Positions 1 through 9,108 of a stretch of 21,444 nucleotides of DNA are shown one piece after another. A program made the translations under genes and the position numbers. Position 1 is the stretch's first letter. Each line of letters opens with the position of its first letter. Source of the DNA: Tolypothrix carrinoi HA7290-LM1 (GTDB lineage Bacteria; Cyanobacteriota; Cyanobacteriia; Cyanobacteriales; Nostocaceae); assembly GCA_019358935.1 (NCBI GenBank), contig JAHHIK010000131.1, positions 1 to 21,444 of the forward strand, written 5' to 3'. Under the pieces are notes generated by a model. It saw only the letters and a program-made list of their open reading frames with translations. It was not told where the DNA came from and ran no database searches.

Positions 1-142
1 CTTGTCCCCCTTGTCCCCCTTGTCCCCCTTGTCCCCCTTGTCCCCCTTGTCCCCCTTGTCCCCCTTGTCCCCCTTGTCCCCCTTGTCCCCCTTGTCCCCC
101 TTGTCCCCCTTGTCCCCCTTGTCCCCTTGTCCCCTTATCCCC
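1..142. repeat. Tandem 9-mer array (TTGTCCCCC)n, at least 13 perfect units, in frame inside the caspase-STAND gene (encodes GGQ repeats)
   Basis: Perfect units at 2-118, then degenerate 8-mers. Minus-strand translation is ...[21 protein letters not shown]... Confidence 0.97.
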
Positions 143-1972
143 TCCCAGCCGTTGTGCCAAAACCTCTATGGGATTAGCACCTGGGCGCAAAGTTCTAATT
201 AGCCACTGTTCGCTGCTGGGGATTTGTTTACCTAGTTTCAGTTGGGGAATGACGCCGGCTTGGACAACTGAAGATTTACCGCTACCAGAAGCACCGACGA
301 CGGCAAGAAATGAGCGATCGCGCAATTGATGAATTAACTGCTGAGTTAAGCTTTCACGACCGTAAAAATATTGGGCATCTTCTTCCGAAAAAGCACTTAA
401 ACCCATGTAAGGACAGATACCTAAATCTAAGCCTGCCTTTTGTTCTCGCCCTTGCATATAAGTTTTTTCTCTTAAGATTTCGATGATACCTTGTGTACCG
501 GAAAGCCAGACGTAGAAAGGAATATCGCTACCGGCTAATTGTAATTGCAATTGAGCGATCGCCCCAGCCGCAGATAATCCGTCTACTTCCGCTGCCGCTG
601 TTAAAGTATCAAATAAAGTTTGGGCAAATTTTTCAGTTGCCGATGCTGGAGAAGCACAAGCAATTATACACTGTCCCTCTTGGGAGTCGATTTGCAAATC
701 TTCTACCCAATCTTGTAGAGATGCAGAAGCAGGACAATCGAGGATGATGATTTGTTTAGCATTACAGTGACGTAGTTGTTGTTTTAACCACGATCGCTTG
801 ATGCGGATATCTTCTCCCAGCACCAAACCATCGATAGCTTCAGTTTCCTCGATGCGTCCGCGCAGATAAAGTAAAATAGTTTCTGATTCGGGTGAGTGTA
901 AAAGACGAGCGATCGATGAACGCACATCCTCAGCAGCCTTTGTCGCTTGCAAATATTTCAAGTTAAAACCGCCAACACTATCCAAAAACTTGCTAATATC
1001 TAAAGTTATCGTACTTCCTGATAGTCCCTCTACAACTATCCCCAATCGACGATGCACATCATCATCAGCTTTTTCTTGCCTAACTCCTAAAATCAGTTCC
1101 CCAACTCCTTCGACAATTCGTTTAGGAGTTTGTAAAGGATATTCGCGCTCAAGCTGAGTATCTCCTTTGCCTCTTCTCTGCTGATTAATCAATCGTAATT
1201 GTTGATTAGTTTTATCAATATATTGCAACGTTTGATGATAAACATAACGATAAAGTCCATCAGCAGAAATTATCCCCTTTGAATCTGCCGCTTCACCATT
1301 TAACCCGCGCATTAAATAATAACTAAAAACTCCATGTCCTAATTCGGGAAATTCCCAAGATTGCTGATTATTATCGCAAGAAAGCAAAGCATAAAAACCT
1401 TTACTTTTTGCAGCAGTTCGCTGTAATACCTCTACTAATTGCGTTGTCGGGTTCAGCAGCGGTTCTCTGGTTGTACCTCTCAGCGTCATTCCACCGCTAT
1501 GACAAGCATCCAGCCAAACTAACTGATTCTGCGCTGGACAATTATCTAACAATTGTAATAGTTCTTGTAATTTGAAACCTGTATTTTTTAAGTTTGATTT
1601 TTGCGTGTCTGCTAAACATAAAAATGCTTCCTGAGAATTTGGTTCTAACATTCCGTGCCCGGAGAAATAAAATAAAACCATATCCTGCGGTTTAGCAGCA
1701 GCGGTAATTTCTTGGAGACTAACGCGCACATTCTCCTTTGAAGGTGGTAAAGAAGCAAAATCGTGATGAATTTTCACCTCTTTTTGCGGAAACTGTCTGG
1801 TAGCAGCAGTCAAAGCATCCGCTAAACCCTGACAATCGACATATGAATAATTTAGCGTCGGGAGTCCTTTATCTTGATATTTATTGACTCCCACAAGCAT
1901 TAACCACAGCTTTGCCGTATCTGTTTTTTTAACTTGATTTGAGCGACTAGTACCTACACCGATTGGACACAT
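1..1972 (-). CDS. Caspase (peptidase C14/orthocaspase)-STAND NTPase protein, 5' part; continues beyond the left window edge
   Basis: Manual translation from the ATG at 1972. All checked motifs fall in one frame: [34 protein letters not shown]..., VLFYFSGHG (His codon 1655-1657), [10 protein letters not shown] (Cys codon 1502-1504), CPYMGLSAF...YFYGRE, Walker [18 protein letters not shown] (about 255-305). The frame ends in GGQ repeats at the edge. It is absent from the ORF track because its stop lies outside the window. Confidence 0.93.
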   Translation of the reverse strand, partial: MCPIGVGTSRSNQVKKTDTAKLWLMLVGVNKYQDKGLPTLNYSYVDCQGLADALTAATRQFPQKEVKIHHDFASLPPSKENVRVSLQEITAAAKPQDMVLFYFSGHGMLEPNSQEAFLCLADTQKSNLKNTGFKLQELLQLLDNCPAQNQLVWLDACHSGGMTLRGTTREPLLNPTTQLVEVLQRTAAKSKGFYALLSCDNNQQSWEFPELGHGVFSYYLMRGLNGEAADSKGIISADGLYRYVYHQTLQYIDKTNQQLRLINQQRRGKGDTQLEREYPLQTPKRIVEGVGELILGVRQEKADDDVHRRLGIVVEGLSGSTITLDISKFLDSVGGFNLKYLQATKAAEDVRSSIARLLHSPESETILLYLRGRIEETEAIDGLVLGEDIRIKRSWLKQQLRHCNAKQIIILDCPASASLQDWVEDLQIDSQEGQCIIACASPASATEKFAQTLFDTLTAAAEVDGLSAAGAIAQLQLQLAGSDIPFYVWLSGTQGIIEILREKTYMQGREQKAGLDLGICPYMGLSAFSEEDAQYFYGRESLTQQLIHQLRDRSFLAVVGASGSGKSSVVQAGVIPQLKLGKQIPSSEQWLIRTLRPGANPIEVLAQRLGGDKGTRGQGGQGGQGGQGGQGGQGGQGGQGGQGGQGGQGGQGGQGGQ

Positions 1973-2016
1973 TTTAATTAAGTGTATTTAAATCTTAATA
2001 TTTACTAAGTTGTGAA

Positions 2017-2155
2017 TTGGGCATTGGGCATTGGGCATTGGGCATGGAAAGAATCTCTTATACAATCATGGCAAATCTCACGGGATAGAAATAACCTTTT
2101 ACTCATGCCTAATTCCTAATTCCCAATGCCCATTGCCCCATGCCCATTACCCAAT
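2017..2155. repeat. Inverted pair of heptamer STRR-type arrays, (TGGGCAT)4 ... degenerate (ATGCCCA)n, in a divergent intergenic region
   Basis: tgggcat x4 at about 2018-2046; complementary cccaatgcccattgccccatgcccattaccca at about 2122-2153. Confidence 0.9.
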
Positions 2156-2275
2156 TCTAAAAATTTCTAAATATTTAACTTTAAGCCGAAACATGATTCT
2201 CATTAGTTGTAGTAAAGTTTGTGCAGGCGTGTTTTAACGCTTGCATTCCTTGCATAGGTCGAGATATTGTGTTTT

Positions 2276-3448
2276 ATGCATCCAAGACAAAGTATTATTT
2301 CCATATTTTCAACTTTTGTGCAATTTAATGGCGATCGCTTTCACGGTTGGGCGACGGATAGTAAACTGCGCCGCAGTATGCAAAGTTGTGTAAACAAAAC
2401 GCCACAAGAACAAGACGAAAATTTTTGGGTACTTTATTGGTACAATTATATCTCCCTTCCTCGGGTGGAGAAACTTGCCAAAGAACATCTGATTGCTTAT
2501 TTACAAGAAGTCTGCTATTGGACATCGCAAAAAACATCTGCTAGTTTTAGCAGTACTCAATATAAGTTACCAGACTGTTTTCAAATGGCGATCGCTTCTG
2601 TTGATAAAGTCCTCAAAGGTTTCAATCCTAACCAAGGCTTTATCTTAAAAAACTACGCCAGCGTTATCTTTGGTAGCGTCATCCGTGAAACTTTGCGTCA
2701 ACGCGGCGAAATTGATATCTGTACAGAATGGGGAATGTTGCGGAAAATTAGTCAAAAGCGTTTGGTAGAGTCTTTGCAAAATGCTGGCTTATCTCCTGAG
2801 ACTGTTACGGCTTACGTCCTGGCTTGGAATTGTTTTAAAACGCTTTATGTCCCAAAGCAGCCTCAGGCAACGCGCCAACTTGCTCGACCAGACAATGATA
2901 CATGGAGTGCGATCGCACAAGCTTATAATTCCCAAAGTAGTCAAAAAGTAACTTCGCAAATTTTGGAAACTTGGCTGCTCAGTTGTGCCAAACATGCGCG
3001 AAACTATCTTTATCCACCTTCGGCATCAATTAATGTTTCCCCCGCCGGTCAAGATACAAGCGAATGGATAGATAATCTCGCTGGAGAGGTAGATTCAGTA
3101 CTTACCCAAATTATTACTCAACAAGAAGAACAAACCAGAATTTCTCAGCAATCCGAGATTAATAATGTTTTAGCCGCCGCAGTTGCCCAACTAGAACCAG
3201 AAGCACAACAAATTTTGCAACTATATTATAGTCAGGGGCTGACTCAGCAGCAAATTGCCAAAGAACTAGTTTTGCAGCAATATACTGTCTCGCGGCGACT
3301 CACAAAAGCTAGAGAAATTTTACTGCGAAATTTGGCTAAATGGAGTAGTGAGAAGCTGCATATTTCTGTCACCTCAGACCTACTCAAAAATATGAGTACC
3401 GTAATGGAGGAATGGCTGCAAGCTTACTACAGCGTATCTCCTTATTAA
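2276..3448 (+). CDS. Cyanobacterial sigma-70-family-like regulator with C-terminal region-4 HTH (HetZ-like architecture)
   Basis: About 390 aa. C-terminal LEPEAQQILQLYYSQGLTQQQIAKELVLQQYTVSRRL is a typical sigma region-4 HTH. ATG 2276 preferred over TTG 2267. Confidence 0.82.
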   Translation: MHPRQSIISIFSTFVQFNGDRFHGWATDSKLRRSMQSCVNKTPQEQDENFWVLYWYNYISLPRVEKLAKEHLIAYLQEVCYWTSQKTSASFSSTQYKLPDCFQMAIASVDKVLKGFNPNQGFILKNYASVIFGSVIRETLRQRGEIDICTEWGMLRKISQKRLVESLQNAGLSPETVTAYVLAWNCFKTLYVPKQPQATRQLARPDNDTWSAIAQAYNSQSSQKVTSQILETWLLSCAKHARNYLYPPSASINVSPAGQDTSEWIDNLAGEVDSVLTQIITQQEEQTRISQQSEINNVLAAAVAQLEPEAQQILQLYYSQGLTQQQIAKELVLQQYTVSRRLTKAREILLRNLAKWSSEKLHISVTSDLLKNMSTVMEEWLQAYYSVSPY

Positions 3449-3587
3449 ACCTCTTGGACTTATTTGGGAAAAATAAAAGGGGTAAGGGTTCACAAGGAAG
3501 TATCAAAATTTCTCTTCCCTAATCCAAGCGTCCAAGCGTCCCTAGTCCAAGCGTAAACCCCAAGCCAAAATTTCCGGAGTAATTTTC

Positions 3588-4760
3588 ATGACTGCTAACG
3601 CCGCCTTGTTTACTTTTGCATCCCCGACAGATTTGATTTTAGAAATACCCGCCAACGTCCAAAATCAGGCGTATCTTCACAGTCAATCTTTTTCTCATCC
3701 TAGTTCTGGTTATCAAGCTTATTTAAATGAACTTTGCTTGAATGTTGTTTTGGCGTGGCTGCAAGCAGATTTTGCACCCCAGGCAAAAGTATCGCCGAAT
3801 ATCAATGCTTTAGCAAGTTTTTGGGAACTGGTGAATGGGACTGCAATTGTATCAGACGGCATTCGATTTATTTTGGTTCCTAGCGAGGCGATGGATTTAA
3901 GTGAATTGCGAGTACCGCAAGAATGGGTAGATATATCTAGTTTAGCTGGTGATTATTATTTAGCAGTGCAAGTAGAACCGGATGAAGCTTATGTGCGGGT
4001 TTGGGGTTACTGTAGTTATGAACAACTGAAAAATCAAGGAAGTTATGATGCAAGCGATCGCACTTATTCCCTTGATGCTGTTGATCTTATTAGCGACATC
4101 AACGTTTTAACTTTAGCGTTACAGCTTTGCCCGCAAGAAAGTACGCCTAAGGTTATCCCACAATTAGCAACATTACCACAACAACAAGCACAAAATTTAA
4201 TTTCTCGTTTAGCAAAGAAAGAAATAATCACACCGAGACTAGCTATTCCTTTTCAACTTTGGGGTGCGCTAATTGAACATGGCGGTTGGCGACAAAGCTT
4301 ATATCAACGCCGCTTGGGACTACCAGAACAGTGGTCAGTTATCCAATGGTTGCAAAGTGGTGTTTCTCAACTTGCAGAAAACATCGGTTGGGGAAACTTG
4401 ATGCAAGTAAGCGCCGCCGGTGCGCGGAGTGTCGAAGAAACACAACCACAAACAATTCTTTCTCGGCAGTTGGCGATCGCCGGTCAAACCTACGAACTGC
4501 GTATTATACCACAAAACGAAGGAGAATCAACAATTTGGCGCTTTGAATTGCGTAACGCCGCCGTAGGTGCAGCCATTCCCGGTGGGTTTAAACTGAGACT
4601 ACTCACCGAAGATTTACAAAGCTTCCCCAACAACGAAGATATAGCCATAACAGCCGTAGAGCAACTTTTTGTAGAAGTAGCGCTAGAATCAGGTGAAGGC
4701 ATAGTTTGGGAAATAGAACCCAAAAGCGAAAACTACGACCGAGAAATATTAAGATTTTAA
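3588..4760 (+). CDS. DUF1822 family protein
   Basis: Motifs SFWELVNGTAI, ELRVPQEWVDI, DYYLAVQVE and VRVWGY are characteristic of cyanobacterial DUF1822 proteins. GGAG RBS lies upstream and the gene follows the sigma-like gene. Confidence 0.88.
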   Translation: MTANAALFTFASPTDLILEIPANVQNQAYLHSQSFSHPSSGYQAYLNELCLNVVLAWLQADFAPQAKVSPNINALASFWELVNGTAIVSDGIRFILVPSEAMDLSELRVPQEWVDISSLAGDYYLAVQVEPDEAYVRVWGYCSYEQLKNQGSYDASDRTYSLDAVDLISDINVLTLALQLCPQESTPKVIPQLATLPQQQAQNLISRLAKKEIITPRLAIPFQLWGALIEHGGWRQSLYQRRLGLPEQWSVIQWLQSGVSQLAENIGWGNLMQVSAAGARSVEETQPQTILSRQLAIAGQTYELRIIPQNEGESTIWRFELRNAAVGAAIPGGFKLRLLTEDLQSFPNNEDIAITAVEQLFVEVALESGEGIVWEIEPKSENYDREILRF

Positions 4761-4765
4761 ACAAG

Positions 4766-4898
4766 ACTCCAGAAGAACTGACTCCAAACTCCGAATTCCC
4801 AACTCCTAACTCCTAACTCCAAACTCCCAACTTTTAACTCCAAACTCCCAACTCCCAACTCCTAACTCCTAACTCCTAACTCCAGAAGGACTGACTCC
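4766..4898. repeat. Heptamer array (ACTCCTA/ACTCCCA/ACTCCAA)n bracketed by 20-bp direct repeats
   Basis: actccagaagaactgactcc (4766-4785) and actccagaaggactgactcc (4879-4898) are 19/20 identical and flank the degenerate heptamers. Confidence 0.9.
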
Positions 4899-4954
4899 TT
4901 TCATATATGGTACGGTGGAGAATTATTCCGTAAATCCACCAAAAGAAAAAAGCC

Positions 4955-5422
4955 ATGAGAGGAAAAACCAAGCAACAAATCCGTGTATGGGCGATGTTGT
5001 GTCATCTCTCAGCTTTATTAGCTTGGATACTATTGATTTTAGTAGTAATTATCGGCATTCCTTTGTATCTACCGTTGAATGTTTTAGCACCATTGATTAT
5101 TTGGCGAGTAAAAAAAACACAATATACGTGGGTTGACTTTCAAGGCAAAGAATCTTTAAATTTTCAACTTTCACTGACATTTTATGTTTTAATCCTCGTA
5201 ATTATATCCTTGCTGCTAGTGTTTACAGGATTTGGCATTGCGATGACCAGCAATGGCACAGCAAATTATATAGAGATAATTTTCCGCACATTATTAATTG
5301 GGTGTAGTGCGATCGTTGTATTCATGCTTTTATTACAATCATTTGTAGTCACTTGTGCTGCTATCAAAGCTTATAGAGGTGAGTATTATCGTTACCCGTT
5401 CACAATTAGATTTTTGATATAG
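4955..5422 (+). CDS. DUF4870 (Tic20-like) membrane protein
   Basis: WAMLCHLS...GKESLNFQLS...AAIKAYRGEYYRYPFTIRF motifs, with hydrophobic segments. Confidence 0.9.
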   Translation: MRGKTKQQIRVWAMLCHLSALLAWILLILVVIIGIPLYLPLNVLAPLIIWRVKKTQYTWVDFQGKESLNFQLSLTFYVLILVIISLLLVFTGFGIAMTSNGTANYIEIIFRTLLIGCSAIVVFMLLLQSFVVTCAAIKAYRGEYYRYPFTIRFLI

Positions 5423-5440
5423 CAAAGAAACTCGGTATAT

Positions 5441-5640
5441 TGGGTAATAGGTAATCGGTAATCGGTAATGGGTAATTGGTAATGGGGAATGGGAAAAGGG
5501 GGAAAGGGTAATGGGGATTTGAAGAGGGGGAAAGGGAAAGGGGGAAGGGGGAAAGGTTAAGAAAAACCTCTTCCTTTACCCTTTACCCTTTACCCTTTTC
5601 CTCTCTTGATATGACCAATTACCGATTACCCATTACCCAT
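5441..5640. repeat. Nested inverted heptamer arrays: (GGTAATN)n-(GGGAAAG)n ... (CCTTTAC)n-(ATTACCN)n
   Basis: Outer arms at about 5441-5490 and 5618-5640; inner arms at about 5491-5556 and 5572-5601. Confidence 0.88.
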
Positions 5641-5658
5641 CTAATTTTAGGTAAATCT

Positions 5659-6801
5659 ATGGCTTCTGGATGGCAAATGAATCAGGGTGCGATCGGCGTT
5701 GCAGTTGTGGGTACAGGATTTGGGCAAAAAGTCCACATTCCTGGATTTCAAGCACATCCTCGTACCCAGGTAGTTGCAGTATATAACCAAGACTTAGAAA
5801 AAGCCAAAGCGATCGCCCAAACCCATCATATCCCCCACGCCTGCAACAAAATTGCAGATATTGTTGCCTTAAACGAAGTCCAAGCCGTCAGCATTTCCAC
5901 ACCGCCATTTATGCATTATGAAATGGCAAAAACAGTACTGCAAGCCGGGAAACATTTATTATTAGAAAAACCCGTCACCTTAAATGCAGCCGAAGCAAAA
6001 GAACTTTATCAGTTAGCGAACCAAAAAGGCGTAATTGCAACAGTAGATTTTGAATTTCGCTTCGTACCTGGGTGGCAATTATTATCTGAATTATTATCAC
6101 AAGATTACGTCGGTGTCAAACGTTTAATTAGAATTGATTGGTTAGGCGCTTCCAGGGCTGATGCTTCGCGTCCTTGGAATTGGTACTCTCGTCAAGACCA
6201 AGGAGGTGGCGTTTTAGGGTCTTTAGGTTCCCATGCTTTCGATTACATTTACTGGCTATTTGGACCGATACGCAGATTAAACGCTCATTTAAGTACTGCC
6301 ATTCCCACACGAGTTGACCCCGCTACCGGAGAATCAAAGTTAGTAGACAGCGATGACACCTGTATGCTAATGCTGGAATTGGCGGATGGAACACCTTGTC
6401 AAGTGTCCATCAGTGCAGTAGTTCATGCACCGCGTCCGCATTGGGTAGAAGTGTATGGCGATAAGGGTACATTAGTTTTGGGAAGCGAAAATCAAAAAGA
6501 TTACGTACACGGATTTCGAGTTAAAGGTTCGCGACCCGGTTTACCGCTGACGGAAATAGAAATTCCCAATCGCTTGACTTTTCCGAAAAACTATGCTGAT
6601 GGGCGAATCTCTGCGTTTATTCGCGTAATTGAGCAATGGGTGCAAGGAATTGATCTCGGCAAGGCGATTGTACCATCGTTGCGAGAAGGAGTTTATTCTC
6701 AGTTATTGATGGATTTATCTCATCAATCAAATGTGAGAAAAAGCTGGGTAGATGTACCTGATTTAGAAGCATTTTTAAGTTATAATACCAACTCTTTTTA
6801 A
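5659..6801 (+). CDS. Gfo/Idh/MocA family NAD(P)-dependent oxidoreductase
   Basis: Rossmann motif VAVVGTGFG, LLEKP motif, GGGVLGSLGSHAFD. The start is probably 5659 or 5677, because the 5611 extension translates repeat DNA. Confidence 0.93.
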   Translation: MASGWQMNQGAIGVAVVGTGFGQKVHIPGFQAHPRTQVVAVYNQDLEKAKAIAQTHHIPHACNKIADIVALNEVQAVSISTPPFMHYEMAKTVLQAGKHLLLEKPVTLNAAEAKELYQLANQKGVIATVDFEFRFVPGWQLLSELLSQDYVGVKRLIRIDWLGASRADASRPWNWYSRQDQGGGVLGSLGSHAFDYIYWLFGPIRRLNAHLSTAIPTRVDPATGESKLVDSDDTCMLMLELADGTPCQVSISAVVHAPRPHWVEVYGDKGTLVLGSENQKDYVHGFRVKGSRPGLPLTEIEIPNRLTFPKNYADGRISAFIRVIEQWVQGIDLGKAIVPSLREGVYSQLLMDLSHQSNVRKSWVDVPDLEAFLSYNTNSF

Positions 6802-6809
6802 TGTTTTCT

Positions 6810-7415
6810 TTAATTTCCAGAACAATCTCTAAGGACGATTGAAGGAATATAACCGTTTACCGGAGATGAAATTGGTACCCAACCATCTTTGCCACGATTT
6901 TTGATTATGACACGCTGACCACTTTCTAGAACTCCTAAAATCGGACTGTTAATTGAGGGTTGTTGCCGAACACGCAGAACACCTCCAACAAAAATTTTGC
7001 GACAGTTATCTGAAGAAGTTGCTGTTTCAAAGGGGGGTACTGGCTGTTCGCATGACTCGAGATGTCTAGCAGATACATAACCTGACTGAGGTGATGAAAT
7101 CTTCACCCAGTCACCTGCGTAGTTTTCAATGATTACAAGGGTTTGATTGCGTAATGTGCCAATAATTGCGCCATCTGGACTATAGCGGACATTGAGATTG
7201 TCGCCCTGTTGAGTGGCAACTCGGCGGCAATTATCTGGAGTCTGCGCCAATTGATATTCATCGGATGCCGGCGATGATGCTTGTTTGATAATAGATAATT
7301 GGATGTCTTGACTTGTAAGTGTATTAACAGTAGTTGAGGCAGCAGGAAAAGCTGTTATCAGTGAAAAGATAGCAGCTGCGGCTAGAGATTTTTGGCAGTT
7401 TTTTAACGGTTTCAT
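6810..7415 (-). CDS. Secreted protein with two bacterial SH3 domains
   Basis: Signal peptide (LAAAAIFSLITAFPAAS) and two repeats, LNVRYSP...DWVKI...GYVSARHL and LRVRQQP...GWVPI...GYIPSIVL. AGGAGG RBS lies 7 nt upstream of ATG 7415. Confidence 0.9.
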   Translation of the reverse strand: MKPLKNCQKSLAAAAIFSLITAFPAASTTVNTLTSQDIQLSIIKQASSPASDEYQLAQTPDNCRRVATQQGDNLNVRYSPDGAIIGTLRNQTLVIIENYAGDWVKISSPQSGYVSARHLESCEQPVPPFETATSSDNCRKIFVGGVLRVRQQPSINSPILGVLESGQRVIIKNRGKDGWVPISSPVNGYIPSIVLRDCSGN

Positions 7416-7643
7416 TAGCAAACCTCCTAAGATGAGAATTATTAAAGGCGGAACTTATAAATAGTGATTTAAGATATTAGACGTGGTAAAAAGAATTAAA
7501 GTTCTCATATGATGTCCGTTAGTTCCACTTATCATATCTGTAAAGGTCGGTAATAGAAAACGCGGTAATGGGAAAAATCGATGTTCCCTATTAGCAGCAA
7601 GACCAACCATATCGTAAGTAGTTAGCCGGACATAAAATTTAGA

Positions 7644-7679
7644 TGCCCTTAACCTCACTTTCAAGCGGAGTTAAGGGCA
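7644..7679. terminator. Hairpin, probable terminator downstream of the minus-strand gene ending at 7709
   Basis: TGCCCTTAAC ... GTTAAGGGCA is a perfect 10-bp inverted repeat. Confidence 0.6.
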
Positions 7680-7708
7680 ATACGTTGAGTTAACTGAAAA
7701 TTGCTGTG

Positions 7709-8179
7709 TTATCTTTGTGTACTAGCTGCGGGTTTATTTCGCTGCTGGTAAAAGCCAAGAACTTTTTGCACATAAGCAGCCGTAAAACCACTGTTGCAGC
7801 CTGTATAGTTGCCAGTCATCCACCAACAGGCAACACCACGCACAGCTGCCGTTTCGTTGTTCTTAGTCGCGGCAAACTGCTTGTTTAACTCCCGACGGGT
7901 GATGCAACTTACAATTTGACGTGCAGTTGCAGGGCTGTTTTCAAACTCCGCTGGTGTGAGTTCCTTTTTTAGGCATGTTCTTGACCAACCTTTGAGGGTT
8001 TCTGGTTTGACTTGCCATTCGCTATAAAGTCCATCATTGGCAGAACCGGTTTTCGGTGCAGCCTGTCGCAATGCTTCTACCATCGCCGTTATTTGGGCAT
8101 CAGATACTGCCTGTTGTGCTTGTGCTGGCAATGATAACAGTCCCAAACTGATGATAACTCCAGTGAGTAGCGATCGCAT
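7709..8179 (-). CDS. Hypothetical secreted protein
   Basis: Signal peptide ending AQA, 4 Cys, motif VACWWMTG. AGGAG RBS precedes ATG 8179 (alternative start 8194). Confidence 0.85.
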   Translation of the reverse strand: MRSLLTGVIISLGLLSLPAQAQQAVSDAQITAMVEALRQAAPKTGSANDGLYSEWQVKPETLKGWSRTCLKKELTPAEFENSPATARQIVSCITRRELNKQFAATKNNETAAVRGVACWWMTGNYTGCNSGFTAAYVQKVLGFYQQRNKPAASTQR

Positions 8180-8416
8180 GAATTTTCTCCTCATTACCTT
8201 AAACTTACTTCACACCCTAGTTTACTGTCGTTATTGTATGCGTGTGAAGAAAGCTTCTTCCTTCTCGGTGGGAATCCTACTAAGCATAGGTTTGCGCTGC
8301 ATTACTTTTATCTATCGTTTTCAAAAATAATAATATTTGCTTTCAACTTTCAAGCCGCGTACATTAAATTTCATGCTTGTTAAACACAAATCCAAATAAC
8401 CATCTCTAGGTGTAAC

Positions 8417-9064
8417 ATGAATCTAGCAAAAAAAGTATTATCAAACAGTGTTGATGCAGAAGTAAATCAAAAGCGATCGCTAGAAAAAACCTCCACTGAA
8501 AAATCAACTCTTGGACACCGGCTTGCCGATTCAATGGCAGCGGAAGTAGGTTCTTGGAGATTTCTTATCAGCCAAAGTGCGGTTTTGGCAAGTTGGGTTG
8601 GCTTGAATATGATGCCCGGAGTTCCCCATTGGGATGAGTCACCATTTATGATGCTTAATTTAGTGTTTTCATTTGCCTCAGCTTATACGGCTCCAATCGT
8701 TTTGATGAGTCAAAACCGCCAGTCTGATATTGATCGCAAAAATGACAAACTTGACCATCAAGTGAATTTAAGAGCCGGACAAAATATTGAGTTGCTTCAT
8801 GAAAAGTTGGATAACTTGCATTCTCAACAGCTAAAAGAACTGACTCAAATTGTTAAACAGCAACAGCAAATTATCAATGAGCTTAAAGTAACTTTAGTCT
8901 CTAAATCAGACGATACTAAAGAAGTTAAAATGAATGTAGTGCCAGGACTGAATGTTCAACTTAACGGCAAATTCTCCAAAGAAAGTTCTAGTAACAAACC
9001 CTTCACTTTAGAGCAAGCGATTGGAGACAATGCCAAAGTTGTCGAAAAGCTAACTCATCGGTAA
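8417..9064 (+). CDS. DUF1003 membrane protein with coiled-coil C-terminus
   Basis: GSWRF...WDESPFMMLNLVFSFASAYTAPIVLMSQNRQ signature. Confidence 0.9.
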   Translation: MNLAKKVLSNSVDAEVNQKRSLEKTSTEKSTLGHRLADSMAAEVGSWRFLISQSAVLASWVGLNMMPGVPHWDESPFMMLNLVFSFASAYTAPIVLMSQNRQSDIDRKNDKLDHQVNLRAGQNIELLHEKLDNLHSQQLKELTQIVKQQQQIINELKVTLVSKSDDTKEVKMNVVPGLNVQLNGKFSKESSSNKPFTLEQAIGDNAKVVEKLTHR

Positions 9065-9108
9065 TAAGATATGCCCAAAACTTGGGTAATGAAAATTTCA
9101 ATTTTCAC

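Noticed and set aside
2..202. Plus-strand LSP-repeat ORF
   Set aside because: It is the antisense reading of the 9-mer array; the real gene is on the minus strand.
493..747. 84-aa plus-strand ORF
   Set aside because: It is a shadow of the caspase-STAND gene.
5611..5658. N-terminal extension of the oxidoreductase
   Set aside because: It translates the ATTACC repeat arm, so a downstream ATG is more plausible.
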